64,000 nt of DNA from an uncultured bacterium. Lineage in GTDB: Bacteria; Nitrospirota; JACRHL01. Under the pieces are notes generated by a model. That model did not search any database. It worked only from the letters and a program-made list of their open reading frames with translations, and was not told the DNA's origin. A program made the position numbers and the translations under genes. Below, one piece after another: positions 53,617 through 62,823 of the stretch (positions are counted from its first letter, which is position 1; each line of letters opens with the position of its first letter). The DNA lies in assembly GCA_965371175.1 (NCBI GenBank), contig CBDUXI010000005.1:14548-78547 (forward strand), in the 5' to 3' direction.

Positions 53617-54729
53617 GTGTCCAAGCGCGATTATTACGAAGTCCTGGGCGTTTCCAAAGGGGCGACCGATGCCGAAATGAAAAAGGCATATCGGAAGCTG
53701 GCAATGAAATACCACCCGGACAAAAATCCGGGAGACAAGGCCGCCGAGACCAAATTCAAGGAAATCGGCGAGGCCTATGCGGTGCTCTCCGACGAGAAGA
53801 AGCGCACGGCCTACGACCAGTTCGGGCACGAAGGTCTGGGCGAAGGGTTTGGCGCTGGCGCTGGCGCTGGTGGCTTTGGCGGTGGCGGTGGCGGATTTGC
53901 CGATATTTTTGAAGACTTTTTCGGCGGCGGCGGGGGCCGCACCCGATCCCGCGTGCAGCGGGGCGCCGATCTGCAATACGGCCTGGAGATCTCGTTCGAC
54001 GCATCGTTTTTCGGCGACGAGGTGGAAATTCGTATTCCCCGCTTCGAAAGCTGCGATTCGTGCAGCGGTACCGGCGCGGCGAAGGGCAGCGGTATGCACA
54101 CCTGTCGCACCTGCAAAGGCGCAGGGCAGGTCCGTTTTCAGCAAGGTTTTTTTACCGTAGCCAGGACCTGTACCGATTGTCAGGGTGTGGGCCAGGTGGT
54201 GGAAAAGCCGTGCAAAAAGTGCCGGGGCCACGGCAAGGTGCGTACCGAAAAAAAACTATCCGTCAAAATCCCACCCGGTATCGAAACCGGCAATCGTCTG
54301 CGCCTGTCCGGAGAGGGCGAGGCGGGCGAGCGGGGCGGTCCGCCGGGCGATTTGTACGTGGTGATCGACGTGGGCTTGCACGACAAGTTTGACCGGCATC
54401 ACGATCATATTGTGTACGACATGGAAATTCCGTTCACCCAGGCAACGCTGGGCGCACAGGTGGAGGTGCCCACCATGACCGATCCCGTAAACCTGAAAAT
54501 TCCCGCAGGCACCCAGACCGGCAAGCGCTTCCGCCTGAAGGGCAAGGGATTCGACAGCGTATCGGGCCACGGCATTGGCGATCAGATTGTCACCGTGCAT
54601 GTGGCGGTGCCCAAAAAGTTGAGCCCGCGCCAGCGGGAACTGCTGGAGCAGTTTGCCGAGGAATCGGGCGAAAGTTACCTGCCCCACGACGAAAGCCTGC
54701 TCGGCAAGGTCAAAGGTCTGTTCGAGTAA
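53617..54729 (+). CDS. dnaJ: Co-chaperone DnaJ
   Basis: GTG start. It has a J-domain with HPDKNPGD, a G/F-rich region and four CxxCxGxG zinc motifs. Confidence 0.98.
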   Translation: MSKRDYYEVLGVSKGATDAEMKKAYRKLAMKYHPDKNPGDKAAETKFKEIGEAYAVLSDEKKRTAYDQFGHEGLGEGFGAGAGAGGFGGGGGGFADIFEDFFGGGGGRTRSRVQRGADLQYGLEISFDASFFGDEVEIRIPRFESCDSCSGTGAAKGSGMHTCRTCKGAGQVRFQQGFFTVARTCTDCQGVGQVVEKPCKKCRGHGKVRTEKKLSVKIPPGIETGNRLRLSGEGEAGERGGPPGDLYVVIDVGLHDKFDRHHDHIVYDMEIPFTQATLGAQVEVPTMTDPVNLKIPAGTQTGKRFRLKGKGFDSVSGHGIGDQIVTVHVAVPKKLSPRQRELLEQFAEESGESYLPHDESLLGKVKGLFE

Positions 54730-54848
54730 ACTGCATTTTTTTCGCAATCGCCTTTTTACAGGCGACGGCGCGGGCGTGTATAGTTATTCCCTTGTAAACT
54801 TTTTGCTCGCAAACCGTTGCGGGTACACGATATGGAGCGGTAAGTACG

Positions 54849-55871
54849 ATGGTCATCGTCATGAAAGCGGGTGCATCCAAAGCAGAAATTGATGCTGCGG
54901 TCGCCCGGATCAAGGAACTGGATTACACCCCCCACTTAATCAGCGGGGTGGAACGCACCGTCATTGGCGCGGTGGGTGATGAGCGCGGCAAGGGCGTGCT
55001 GCAAACCCTGGAAACCCTCGACGGGGTGGACTCCGTCGTCCCCATTTTAAAGCCGTACAAGCTGGCCTCTTCCGAGGTCAAAAAAGAACGCAGCATCATC
55101 CGCGTCGGCGATTCCGGTGTCACCATCGGCGGCAACAAGCTGTGCATCATGGCCGGTCCCTGCTCGGTGGAAGGCGAAGAGCAGATCCTGCAGGTGGCGG
55201 AATCCGTCAAGGCCGCCGGTGCCCACATGCTGCGGGGCGGTGCCTACAAGCCGCGCACCAGCCCGTACAGCTTTCAGGGCATGGCCGAAAAAGGACTGAA
55301 ACTGCTGGCCAAGGCCAGAGAGGTTACCGGTCTGCCGTTCATCACCGAGGTGATGGACACCTCCCAGGTCGATATGGTCGAAGAGTATTCCGACATCGTC
55401 CAGATCGGTACCCGTAACGTGCAGAACTTCGCGCTGCTCAAGCGCGTGGGCAAGTGCAAAAAGCCGGTGTTTCTAAAACGCGGCCTGGCCACCACCATCA
55501 GCGAATGGCTGATGAGCGCCGAGTACATTCTGGCCGAGGGCAACCCCAACGTGATTCTGTGCGAGCGCGGTATCCGCACTTTCGAAACCGCTACCCGCAA
55601 CACCATGGACCTGTCCGCCGTGCCGGTGCTCAACGAACTGACCCACCTGCCGGTTATTCTGGACCCGTCCCACGGCACCGGCGTGCGCCGGTTTGTGCCG
55701 CCCATGGCCTATTCGAGCGTGGCCGCCGGAGCCGATGGCCTGATGATCGAGGTCCACAACGACCCGGATCACGCCTGGAGCGACGGCCCCCAGTCGCTGG
55801 ATCTGCCGATGTTCGACGATCTCATGAAGAACCTGAAAGCATTCGCAGACGCCTCCGGTCGTAGCCTTTAG
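54849..55871 (+). CDS. 3-deoxy-7-phosphoheptulonate (DAHP) synthase, type I-beta, with N-terminal ferredoxin-like regulatory domain
   Basis: 340 aa with [23 protein letters not shown] and the core [14 protein letters not shown]...[17 protein letters not shown]. Confidence 0.9.
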   Translation: MVIVMKAGASKAEIDAAVARIKELDYTPHLISGVERTVIGAVGDERGKGVLQTLETLDGVDSVVPILKPYKLASSEVKKERSIIRVGDSGVTIGGNKLCIMAGPCSVEGEEQILQVAESVKAAGAHMLRGGAYKPRTSPYSFQGMAEKGLKLLAKAREVTGLPFITEVMDTSQVDMVEEYSDIVQIGTRNVQNFALLKRVGKCKKPVFLKRGLATTISEWLMSAEYILAEGNPNVILCERGIRTFETATRNTMDLSAVPVLNELTHLPVILDPSHGTGVRRFVPPMAYSSVAAGADGLMIEVHNDPDHAWSDGPQSLDLPMFDDLMKNLKAFADASGRSL

Positions 55872-55876
55872 GCACC

Positions 55877-56016
55877 GGCGGCGGATATGCCGCCATCTCC
55901 TTCGTTGCGCGGGGGAACAAAACCCTCAACGTAGCAGGCTACGCCTCGGATTTTGTCCCCCCACGCGCCTCGGATATGACAGCATCTCCACCGCCTACCT
56001 CGGTGGTGGGGGCGGA
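55877..56016 (+). repeat. Copy B of the ~140-nt intergenic repeat, element orientation plus
   Basis: It starts 6 nt after the DAHP-synthase stop and aligns with the reverse complement of 6475-6617 (see copy A). Confidence 0.75.
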
Positions 56017-56068
56017 TAGACGAGCATGGAACATAACCGTTTCCCTGCGTGGCCTCTGATTATGAAAA

Positions 56069-56093
56069 CTCCACCGCCTACCTCGTTGGTGGG
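56069..56093 (+). repeat. Partial third copy of the repeat tail (ctccaccgcctacctcgttggtggg)
   Basis: 24/25 identical to 55986-56010 (ctccaccgcctacctcggtggtggg). Each can form a CCACC/GGTGG hairpin. Confidence 0.8.
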
Positions 56094-56143
56094 TGGATGT
56101 GTCGCCCCTGTATTCAGTCTGATCCTGTTTCCGTTACAATTAA

Positions 56144-56172
56144 CGCGCCCCCGTTCCGGGGGCGCGTTTTTT
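56144..56172 (+). terminator. Rho-independent terminator
   Basis: cgcgccccc-gttcc-gggggcgcg (9-bp GC stem) followed by TTTTTT. Confidence 0.8.
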
Positions 56173-56198
56173 CGGGGGAAAAACACAGGGAGGGCGGT

Positions 56199-56534
56199 AT
56201 GAAAGGGGATGATCCCAATGCAGTGCGAGTGGTGCTGGTCACCCATCCGGATACGGCAGCCGTGCAGGCCATGGCCCGTGCTCTGGTGGAAGAGAAGCTG
56301 GCCGCCTGCGTGAACATCGTGCCGGGGTTGACCTCCATCTACCGCTGGCAGGGCGCGGTACATGAAGATCAGGAAGTGCAACTGCTCATCAAAACATGCG
56401 AGCACAGAATCGGCCAGCTCAAACACCGCATCCCCGAACTGCACCCCCACGACACCCCCGAAATCCTCATCCTCCCCACCGACGGCGGCAGCCGCAAATA
56501 CCTGGAATGGGTGGTGGCCGAAACCGCAGACTAA
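56199..56534 (+). CDS. cutA: Divalent-cation tolerance protein CutA
   Basis: Trimmed to the ATG at 56199, preceded by agggaggg. LAACVNIVPGLTSIYRWQG and the HPHDTPEILIL core are present. Confidence 0.85.
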   Translation: MKGDDPNAVRVVLVTHPDTAAVQAMARALVEEKLAACVNIVPGLTSIYRWQGAVHEDQEVQLLIKTCEHRIGQLKHRIPELHPHDTPEILILPTDGGSRKYLEWVVAETAD

Positions 56535-56547
56535 ACCGGCTTCACCC

Positions 56548-57222
56548 TTGGCCACTGCTCCCGAACTCCGCTCCCTGTACCGCCGTCTGGTTACCTTTTT
56601 CGGCCCGCAACACTGGTGGCCGGGGGAGTCGCCGTTCGAGGTCTGCATCGGCGCCATCCTCACCCAGAACACCGCCTGGACCAACGTGGAAAAAGCCATC
56701 GCCAACCTGAAGGCAAAAAATGTGCTGGACGCGCGCGCCATGGCGGCTCTGCCGCAAGCGGAACTGGCCGAACTGATCCGTCCGTCCGGCTATTTCAACC
56801 TGAAGGCCAAACGGCTGGGCGGGTTTTTAAATTTCCTGATCGAAGACTACAACGGCGACCTGTCCCACATGTTCGCAGAACCGCTGGAACGCTTGCGCCC
56901 CAAACTGCTTGCCGTCTACGGCATCGGGCCGGAAACCGCCGATTCCATCCTGCTGTATGCCGGGCAAAAACCGGCCTTCGTGGTCGATGCCTACACCTGC
57001 CGCATCTTCTCTCGCCTGGGGTATGTGGATGCAGGCGTCAGCTACCACGCCATGCAGCAGGTCTTTACCCGCCGCCTGCCGCCGGACGTGAAAATCTTTA
57101 ACGAATACCACGCCGTGCTGGTGGCCCTGGGGAAAGATTATTGCCGCCCGAAAAACCCGAAATGCAGCGGCTGCCCATTGAGTGACATCTGCCGTTTTGC
57201 CGATAGCCGGGTGAACGGATGA
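56548..57222 (+). CDS. Endonuclease III-related HhH-GPD protein with a [4Fe-4S] loop
   Basis: Motifs are ILTQNTAWTNVEKA, the HhH GIGPETADSILLYA, VVDAYTCRI and CRPKNPKCSGCPLSDIC. A TTG start at 56548 is proposed because there is no in-frame ATG after the cutA stop. Confidence 0.75.
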   Translation: MATAPELRSLYRRLVTFFGPQHWWPGESPFEVCIGAILTQNTAWTNVEKAIANLKAKNVLDARAMAALPQAELAELIRPSGYFNLKAKRLGGFLNFLIEDYNGDLSHMFAEPLERLRPKLLAVYGIGPETADSILLYAGQKPAFVVDAYTCRIFSRLGYVDAGVSYHAMQQVFTRRLPPDVKIFNEYHAVLVALGKDYCRPKNPKCSGCPLSDICRFADSRVNG

Positions 57223-57725
57223 ACCGGAAAAAATCAACGGATGCGGTGGAACCCGTCGGCATTGGCGGCTGGCTGCTGTTGCCGGTCTTTTCCTTGATTC
57301 TGTCTCCCGTCTATTTAACCGAGTCTGTTTATGCGGTCTGGACGGTCATGAACAGTCCCGTCACCTGGAATGCGCTCACCAGCCCGGACGGGCCGTTGTA
57401 TCACCCGTGGTGGCAGCCGGTGATGATTATCGAGTTGGGGGCAAACGTGGCCCTGTTGATTGCCATCGTCGTATTACTGGCCCTGCTGTTCACCAAAAAT
57501 CGCCGCTTCCCCAGCGGGGCCATGGCGTTTTATGCAGTCAACCTGTTCTATTGCACCGCCGATTTTTTTGGTGCCCGCACCGCGTCCGCCAGCCTGCCGC
57601 AGGATATGGCGGAACTGGTGACCAGCGCCGCCGCCACCAGCCTGATCACTGCCGCCGTTCTGGCCGTGGGGTTCATTCCGTACCTGTATCTTTCGGCGCG
57701 GGTAAAAAATACGTTTGTGCGGTAG
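57219..57725 (+). CDS. Membrane protein, DUF2569-like
   Basis: 168 aa with GIGGWLLLPVFSLILSPV and four predicted TM helices. Confidence 0.5.
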   Translation: MNRKKSTDAVEPVGIGGWLLLPVFSLILSPVYLTESVYAVWTVMNSPVTWNALTSPDGPLYHPWWQPVMIIELGANVALLIAIVVLLALLFTKNRRFPSGAMAFYAVNLFYCTADFFGARTASASLPQDMAELVTSAAATSLITAAVLAVGFIPYLYLSARVKNTFVR

Positions 57726-57736
57726 TTGTTGGGGTC

Positions 57737-58126
57737 TTACATGCGGGCCTTTTTCAAGGCGGCTTCCACCTCTTCGGGCATGCGGGTGGGCTTGCCGTCC
57801 TTGACGCACGCCATGGTGGTGCCGCCGGTCACAATCAGCTTGCCGTCGCTCTCGCGCACGATCTCGTGGGTGAGGCCAAAACGCACCTTGCCGATTTCGG
57901 TCACCTCGGTGGTGACCAGCAACAGGTCGTCATAGTGGGACGGGGCGTGGTACTTCACCTGACAATCGGCCACGGTAAATATAAAACCGTGCTCCATCCA
58001 CCAGGCCACCTCTACCCCGTAGCACCGCAAAAACTCGGTGCGGGCGCGCTCAAAGTAACGCAGGTAGGCGGCGTAATAGACCACTTTGCCGCAGTCGGTA
58101 TCTTCGTAATAAACGCGTATTTCCAT
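57737..58126 (-). CDS. ybgC: Acyl-CoA thioesterase, YbgC/4HBT family
   Basis: 129 aa with RVYYEDTDCGKVVYYAAYLRYFERAR. Confidence 0.85.
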   Translation of the reverse strand: MEIRVYYEDTDCGKVVYYAAYLRYFERARTEFLRCYGVEVAWWMEHGFIFTVADCQVKYHAPSHYDDLLLVTTEVTEIGKVRFGLTHEIVRESDGKLIVTGGTTMACVKDGKPTRMPEEVEAALKKARM

Positions 58127-58246
58127 CGGTGGATGGTCTCTCCCTGTTGTGCCTGATGGTTGCAGCCGATATTAGATCATATCGGACGACCGGTGGAACC
58201 ACCCGGAAGATTTCTCTTTTTTAGCCCTGGCGGAGTGCACACAGAG

Positions 58247-58489
58247 ATGAAAATTAAACGTAAAACAATTCTGGTGCTGCTTGCGGGTGTACTTGCCGGG
58301 ATGGTGGTCTATGCGCCGTTTCACATTCCGCTGGCGGGCAAAATGTCGGTGGATCTGGGGTATGGTTTTCTGTTTGACCCGCCGGGGAAAGGCCCGATTC
58401 AGGGCACGCTCAATATGCGGCAACTGGCCATGCAGGCGGGTGGTGCCTGCGCTATCGGGGCCGTGCTGCTGTTGATCTCCCGCAAGTAA
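58247..58489 (+). CDS. Small hypothetical membrane protein
   Basis: Trimmed to MKIKRKTILVLLAGVLAGMVVYAPF. It has two hydrophobic segments and no recognisable family. Confidence 0.4.
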   Translation: MKIKRKTILVLLAGVLAGMVVYAPFHIPLAGKMSVDLGYGFLFDPPGKGPIQGTLNMRQLAMQAGGACAIGAVLLLISRK

Positions 58490-58495
58490 TCCGGG

Positions 58496-58726
58496 TTACC
58501 GGCCCCGCCGCAACGTCTCCACCGCCGAAAAAGTGGCCACCAGATACGGCACCAGACAGGTAAACGCCATCTTCACCCCGTCCGCGGGAGTCACCCGTCC
58601 AGCCAGAATCGCATCGCCGTAATTGATGGCAACCAATAGCGGCCCCACCACCAGCGCTACCTTCAGGGAACGCACGACCACTTCGCGCCGTACGGCCAGA
58701 TGCAGCCATTTTTCCCGTGAATTCAT
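58496..58726 (-). CDS. Small membrane protein, NrtS-like (tentative)
   Basis: 76 aa. RSLKVALVVGPLLVAINYGD ... CLVPYLVATFSAV resembles proteins annotated as the nitrate/nitrite transporter NrtS. This is from memory only. Confidence 0.45.
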   Translation of the reverse strand: MNSREKWLHLAVRREVVVRSLKVALVVGPLLVAINYGDAILAGRVTPADGVKMAFTCLVPYLVATFSAVETLRRGR

Positions 58727-58824
58727 CTTACGAGGGTACAGCCAATGGTAAACTTGAGGCGGAAGACTGTGGAAAAAGATAATATCGCGCTGGCGATTTT
58801 GTCCTTTTTACGGGAGGTGCAGTA

Positions 58825-59268
58825 GTGGAAAAACCGATTCTGGTGGCGGTGGATTTTTCGGATGTGGGGCATGGCGTCATTGAGGCGGCCAGGGATGCCG
58901 CCGCGGCGTTCGACTGCGAACTGCTGCTGATCCACGTGGCCGACCCGGACCCGGAGTTTGTGGGGTACGAACCGGGGCCGCAGAGTGTGCGCGATGCGGT
59001 GGCGAAGCGATTCCACAAGGAACATCGCGATTTGCAGGACATCGCCAAATCCCTTCGGGACGGCGGGCTTGCCGTCAAACCGTTGCTCATTCAGGGCGCG
59101 GCGGCGGACAAAATCGTGGAAGAGGCCGCAAGCCACGATGCCCGGCTGATCGTCATGGGCACCCACGGCCACGGCGCCCTGCGCGAACTGCTGGTCGGCA
59201 GCACCAGCCACGCGGTGATCCAGAACACCTCGTGCCCGGTGGTGCTGGTGCCGTGGATGGAAGAGTAG
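58825..59268 (+). CDS. Universal stress protein (UspA family)
   Basis: 147 aa with a GTG start. ILVAVDFSD and LIVMGTHGHGALRELLVGSTSHAV are present. Confidence 0.88.
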   Translation: MEKPILVAVDFSDVGHGVIEAARDAAAAFDCELLLIHVADPDPEFVGYEPGPQSVRDAVAKRFHKEHRDLQDIAKSLRDGGLAVKPLLIQGAAADKIVEEAASHDARLIVMGTHGHGALRELLVGSTSHAVIQNTSCPVVLVPWMEE

Positions 59269-59345
59269 CCCCCGCCTTTCCCGAAATCCGGCCAGCCCGT
59301 TTATATTGATAAAGATTTAGGCAATTAAGGCCGAAGAGGTTTCGA

Positions 59346-59380
59346 GTTGCCGGTATTTCGTATCAAAAAATAGCGGCAAC
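59346..59380. promoter_or_regulatory. Inverted repeat GTTGCCG-N21-CGGCAAC, a candidate enhancer/UAS
   Basis: gttgccg (59346-59352) and cggcaac (59374-59380) flank an A-rich loop. The repeat lies ~40-70 nt upstream of the sigma-54-like motif at 59416. Confidence 0.3.
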
Positions 59381-59415
59381 AGAAGCAACGTATGCACCCC
59401 GTATGTGAGAGGGGG

Positions 59416-59431
59416 TGGCACGGCTGCCGCG
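59416..59431 (+). promoter_or_regulatory. Candidate sigma-54 (-24/-12) promoter
   Basis: TGGCACggctgCCGC. The -24 element TGGCAC is perfect and the GC of the -12 element is at the correct spacing. It is ~45 nt upstream of the ATG at 59475. Confidence 0.3.
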
Positions 59432-59474
59432 TGGATGGGGTGCCCGAATGTTTTGTGACGATAAGGGCAACACC

Positions 59475-60401
59475 ATGAAATTCCTGAAAATGATTTTGTT
59501 TACGCTACCGCTTTTGCTACTGCCATCTTTGGCTGCGGCGGGGCAGGCTGCCTATCCTGCAACCGAGGAGGCTCTGATGAGTGAGCTTCAGGGCATGCCG
59601 TGGCAGGAAGGCGGTACACACCAGATGGCCGCATCCAGCAGTTCCATCAAGGTTTCCACCGGGTGGGAGTACCTGGATGCCGAGGCCGCCCAGCGCTATC
59701 TGTATCTACTTAACGGCACCGAGTTTGAGCTTGTGGAAGGGGTGGCCGTGAACTGGGATACGGAGGAACTGTTCACCTTCGATCACTACGACAGCGGCTA
59801 TGTCACCCTGGACGACTGGGAAGACATGGATGCGGCGACCCTGCTGCAGCAGATCATTGACGGCACGGAAGCCGCAAACGTGGAGCGCCGGGAAACGGGG
59901 ATTTCCGAAATGCATGTGATCGGCTGGCTGCAGGAGCCGTACCTGGATCGGGAGACCAACGCCGCCTACTGGGCCATTGAAGCCGTGGATGACGAAACCG
60001 GTCCGATCATCAACTATGTGGCGATGAAACTGGGCCGCAAGGGGTATGAAGAGCTCACCTGGGTGGGCACGAAGGAGCAGTTTTCCGGTGCCCCCGCCAC
60101 GATGACCGCCATGCTGGGCGCCCATACGTTTGATTCCGGCTTCCGCTATGCCGACTTCACCACCGGCGACAAACTGGCGGGTGTGGGCATTGCCGCGCTG
60201 GTTGCCGCATCTGCGGGCGGCAGTTCCAAAGGCAAGGTGGGGTTCTTTGCGGCCCTGGTGCTGCTGCTCAAAAAGTTCATCGCCTTCATTGTGGCCGGTG
60301 TGGTGGCCGTGGGCGCCGCCTTAAAACGTCTGGTCACCGGCAAGGTGGGGGAAGAAGACGCCACGCCGCCCCCGCCGGATCAGAACACCACCGCCGTCTG
60401 A
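59475..60401 (+). CDS. Membrane-anchored protein, DUF2167-like
   Basis: Trimmed to MKFLKMILFTLPLLLLPSLAAAGQA. MHVIGWLQEPYLDRETNAAYWAIEA ... INYVAMKLGRKGY and a C-terminal TM pair match my memory of DUF2167 / COG4929. Confidence 0.6.
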   Translation: MKFLKMILFTLPLLLLPSLAAAGQAAYPATEEALMSELQGMPWQEGGTHQMAASSSSIKVSTGWEYLDAEAAQRYLYLLNGTEFELVEGVAVNWDTEELFTFDHYDSGYVTLDDWEDMDAATLLQQIIDGTEAANVERRETGISEMHVIGWLQEPYLDRETNAAYWAIEAVDDETGPIINYVAMKLGRKGYEELTWVGTKEQFSGAPATMTAMLGAHTFDSGFRYADFTTGDKLAGVGIAALVAASAGGSSKGKVGFFAALVLLLKKFIAFIVAGVVAVGAALKRLVTGKVGEEDATPPPPDQNTTAV

Positions 60402-60502
60402 TCCCGGCGCTGTTCGCGCAGGGCCGTTCCCGGTTTCGTATTCATATGGAATCGGGAACGGTCCCGCGCACAGCGGGCGCGCGTAGGGTACAATTGCGCC
60501 CC

Positions 60503-61456
60503 ATGAAAGCCATTGCATTCAACAAGTACGGTCCGCCCGAGGTGCTGAGGGAAGTCACCCTCACGGTGCCGGAACCGGGCCCTGAAGAGGTGCTGGTCAA
60601 GGTGCATGCCACCAGCGTTAACCCGCTGGACTGGAAGATACGCGGCCGGCTCATTCCGATCCGCCGCAAAACCGGCTTTCCCATCGTGCCGGGGTTTGAT
60701 GTATCGGGGGTGGTGGAAAAGATCGGCTCCCACGTGAAATACCTGCAACCGGGAGATGCGGTGTTCGGCCTGCTGGATTATCGACGGGACGGGGCATGCG
60801 CCGAATACGTGTGTACCCGCGAGGCGTTTTTGCACAAAAAGCCGCCGTCGCTGACCCACGAAAAGGCCGCCGCCGTGCCGCTGGCGGCGCTTACCGCACT
60901 GCAGGCATTACGGCTCAAAGGCAAGATGAAATCCGGCGAAAAGGTGCTGGTGCTGGGTGGCTCCGGCGGGGTGGGCCATTTTGCCATACAGATCGCCGCC
61001 GCCTACGGTGCCCACGTGACCGCCACCTGCTCGGAAAACCACGCAAAAATGGTCAAAAAACTGGGGGCCGACGAGGTGATCGTGCGGGATGCGGACGGCC
61101 AGACCCACATTCCCCCGGAGGCCGTTTTCGATATCGTGTTCGACACGGTAAAGGCCGTAAGTTTCAAGTCCATGGTCCGGCATCTGCTGCCAAAGGGGCG
61201 GTATATATCCACCTTTCCCAATTTTGGCGGCATTGCCCGGGCGCGCTTTATGTGGCTGTTCGGGTTTTCCAAAAAATGTCTGGTGGTGACGGTGGTGCCC
61301 GACCCCCACGGCCTCAAATATCTGCACGGGTTGATTGAGGGCAAGGTATTAAAACCGGTGATTGAAAAGACGTTCAAACTGGACGATCTGGCCGCGGCCC
61401 ACCGGTTGAGCGAGCAGGGCCATGTGGTGGGAAAACTGGTGGTGAAGGTGGGTTGA
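60503..61456 (+). CDS. NAD(P)H-dependent quinone oxidoreductase / medium-chain dehydrogenase-reductase family
   Basis: Trimmed to MKAIAFNKYGPPEVL. VLVKVHATSVNPLDWK and VLVLGGSGGVGHFAIQIA are present. Confidence 0.85.
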   Translation: MKAIAFNKYGPPEVLREVTLTVPEPGPEEVLVKVHATSVNPLDWKIRGRLIPIRRKTGFPIVPGFDVSGVVEKIGSHVKYLQPGDAVFGLLDYRRDGACAEYVCTREAFLHKKPPSLTHEKAAAVPLAALTALQALRLKGKMKSGEKVLVLGGSGGVGHFAIQIAAAYGAHVTATCSENHAKMVKKLGADEVIVRDADGQTHIPPEAVFDIVFDTVKAVSFKSMVRHLLPKGRYISTFPNFGGIARARFMWLFGFSKKCLVVTVVPDPHGLKYLHGLIEGKVLKPVIEKTFKLDDLAAAHRLSEQGHVVGKLVVKVG

Positions 61457-61520
61457 GCGCCAAAAACCTCCCCTGACACATAGAGGTGGATATTTACCCG
61501 AATCATGCCGATAAGAGCGT

Positions 61521-61536
61521 TGGGGGTGTCTTTGCA
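61521..61536 (+). promoter_or_regulatory. Candidate sigma-54 (-24/-12) promoter
   Basis: TGGgggtgtctTTGCA, with GG and GC at canonical spacing and a perfect TTGCA -12 box. It is ~65-75 nt upstream of the ORF start. Confidence 0.35.
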
Positions 61537-61598
61537 CCCCGCCGGGCTGTTCGTTGATCCCGGCATGGATTCGCCGCCGCAGGTCAGTTCAGGGGAGT

Positions 61599-62225
61599 AT
61601 GAGGTTGATGAGCAAAAAAACCGGATACGGGATGGCCCTGGCGGCCTGTTTTATGGTGTTTCTGTTTTCTGTCCAGCCGGGGTTTGGCGCAGAGGCAGAG
61701 ACCGAGGTGCCTTGGGATGGGGGGATCGATATGGATCACCCGGACCCGCCGCCTGATCCGGATTTTCCGAACACCGACAACCTGGACCCGGATAACGACG
61801 GTGTCTCGAACCGGTGGGACAACTGTGCTGACGTATCCAACAAGAATCAGTCGGATAAGGACAAAGACGGGATCGGTGACGCCTGTGATGACTTTGACGA
61901 CATTTACCACAGGCTACTCAATGAGTACATCGAGCAGCAAATACAGGGCCGCTGTATGGAAGCGGCCAAGAGCTATCCGGAGGATACGGACAGGGACGGC
62001 ATCATGGATGCGTGCGACCGGACGGACAATAACGGCCCCTGCCAGCAGTTTATGACAGCAGGCGGGAAGCGGAATTTTCCGTTGGAACCCGCGTATGCCG
62101 TCTATGAAGATACCGACGTTTGCTACAACTATATAAACGCCTGCGCCATCCCGCCGTGGATGACACAACAGCCGGCCGCCTGCCCGCGGGAGGACATCTC
62201 GGGTTTCCGCTATAAGGGCCGGTAA
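61599..62225 (+). CDS. Secreted protein with thrombospondin type-3-like calcium-binding repeats
   Basis: It has the signal peptide MRLMSKKTGYGMALAACFMVFLFSVQPGFGA. DNLDPDNDGVSNRWDNCADVSNKNQSDKDKDGIGDACDD and a further DTDRDGIMDACD are present. The start is 61599 or 61608. Confidence 0.7.
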   Translation: MRLMSKKTGYGMALAACFMVFLFSVQPGFGAEAETEVPWDGGIDMDHPDPPPDPDFPNTDNLDPDNDGVSNRWDNCADVSNKNQSDKDKDGIGDACDDFDDIYHRLLNEYIEQQIQGRCMEAAKSYPEDTDRDGIMDACDRTDNNGPCQQFMTAGGKRNFPLEPAYAVYEDTDVCYNYINACAIPPWMTQQPAACPREDISGFRYKGR

Positions 62226-62235
62226 CCGGCCACGG

Positions 62236-62706
62236 CTAGTGGCAGTGGGACAGCCCGCGCTTTTCCAGATATTTCTGATGGTACTCCTCGGCGGGCCAGA
62301 AACGGCCGGCGGGAGTAATCTCGGTGGCGACGGGGGTATTTTCGAACCGCTCGCTGGCGTCCAGCGCGGCCTTTGACGCCGTGGCGATCTTTTCCTGTTC
62401 CGGCGTATAAAAGAAAATTGCAGTGCGGTACTGGGTGCCCCGGTCCGGACCCTGCCGGTTCACCTGGGTGGGGTTATGGGTGGCCCAGAACAGGGCCAGC
62501 AACTCTTCATAACTGACCTGATCGGGATCGAAGGTGATTTCCACCACTTCGGCGTGCATCGTGGTGCCGGTACACACCTGTTCGTATTCCGGACTCTCCA
62601 TGTGTCCGCCGGAATAGCCGACGGCGGTTTCCACGACCCCCTTCGCCCGGTCAAACGTAGCCTGCACCCCCCAGAAGCAGCCTGCGCCAAACATTGCCTT
62701 TTCCAT
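62236..62706 (-). CDS. msrA: Peptide methionine (S)-S-oxide reductase
   Basis: 156 aa with the active site GAGCFWGVQ. Confidence 0.95.
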   Translation of the reverse strand: MEKAMFGAGCFWGVQATFDRAKGVVETAVGYSGGHMESPEYEQVCTGTTMHAEVVEITFDPDQVSYEELLALFWATHNPTQVNRQGPDRGTQYRTAIFFYTPEQEKIATASKAALDASERFENTPVATEITPAGRFWPAEEYHQKYLEKRGLSHCH

Positions 62707-62823
62707 TCGACTTGCCCGTCCGTATGGTTACATGATGATCCGCGCGGCCCGACCCGCATGTCCTGTATACAATAATATACAGGCGTCAGGCTGTGCGAGC
62801 CATAAAACCCGCTGGCAGTGGCG

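Noticed and set aside
56026-56202. 58-aa ORF (MEHNRFPAWPLIMKTPPPTSLVGGCVAPVFSLILF...) inside the repeat region, with a lipobox-like VGGC
   Set aside because: It runs through the repeat tail and through the GC-rich terminator hairpin, and ends inside the cutA start region. It has no proper signal-peptide n/h-region before the Cys, so it is most likely non-coding.
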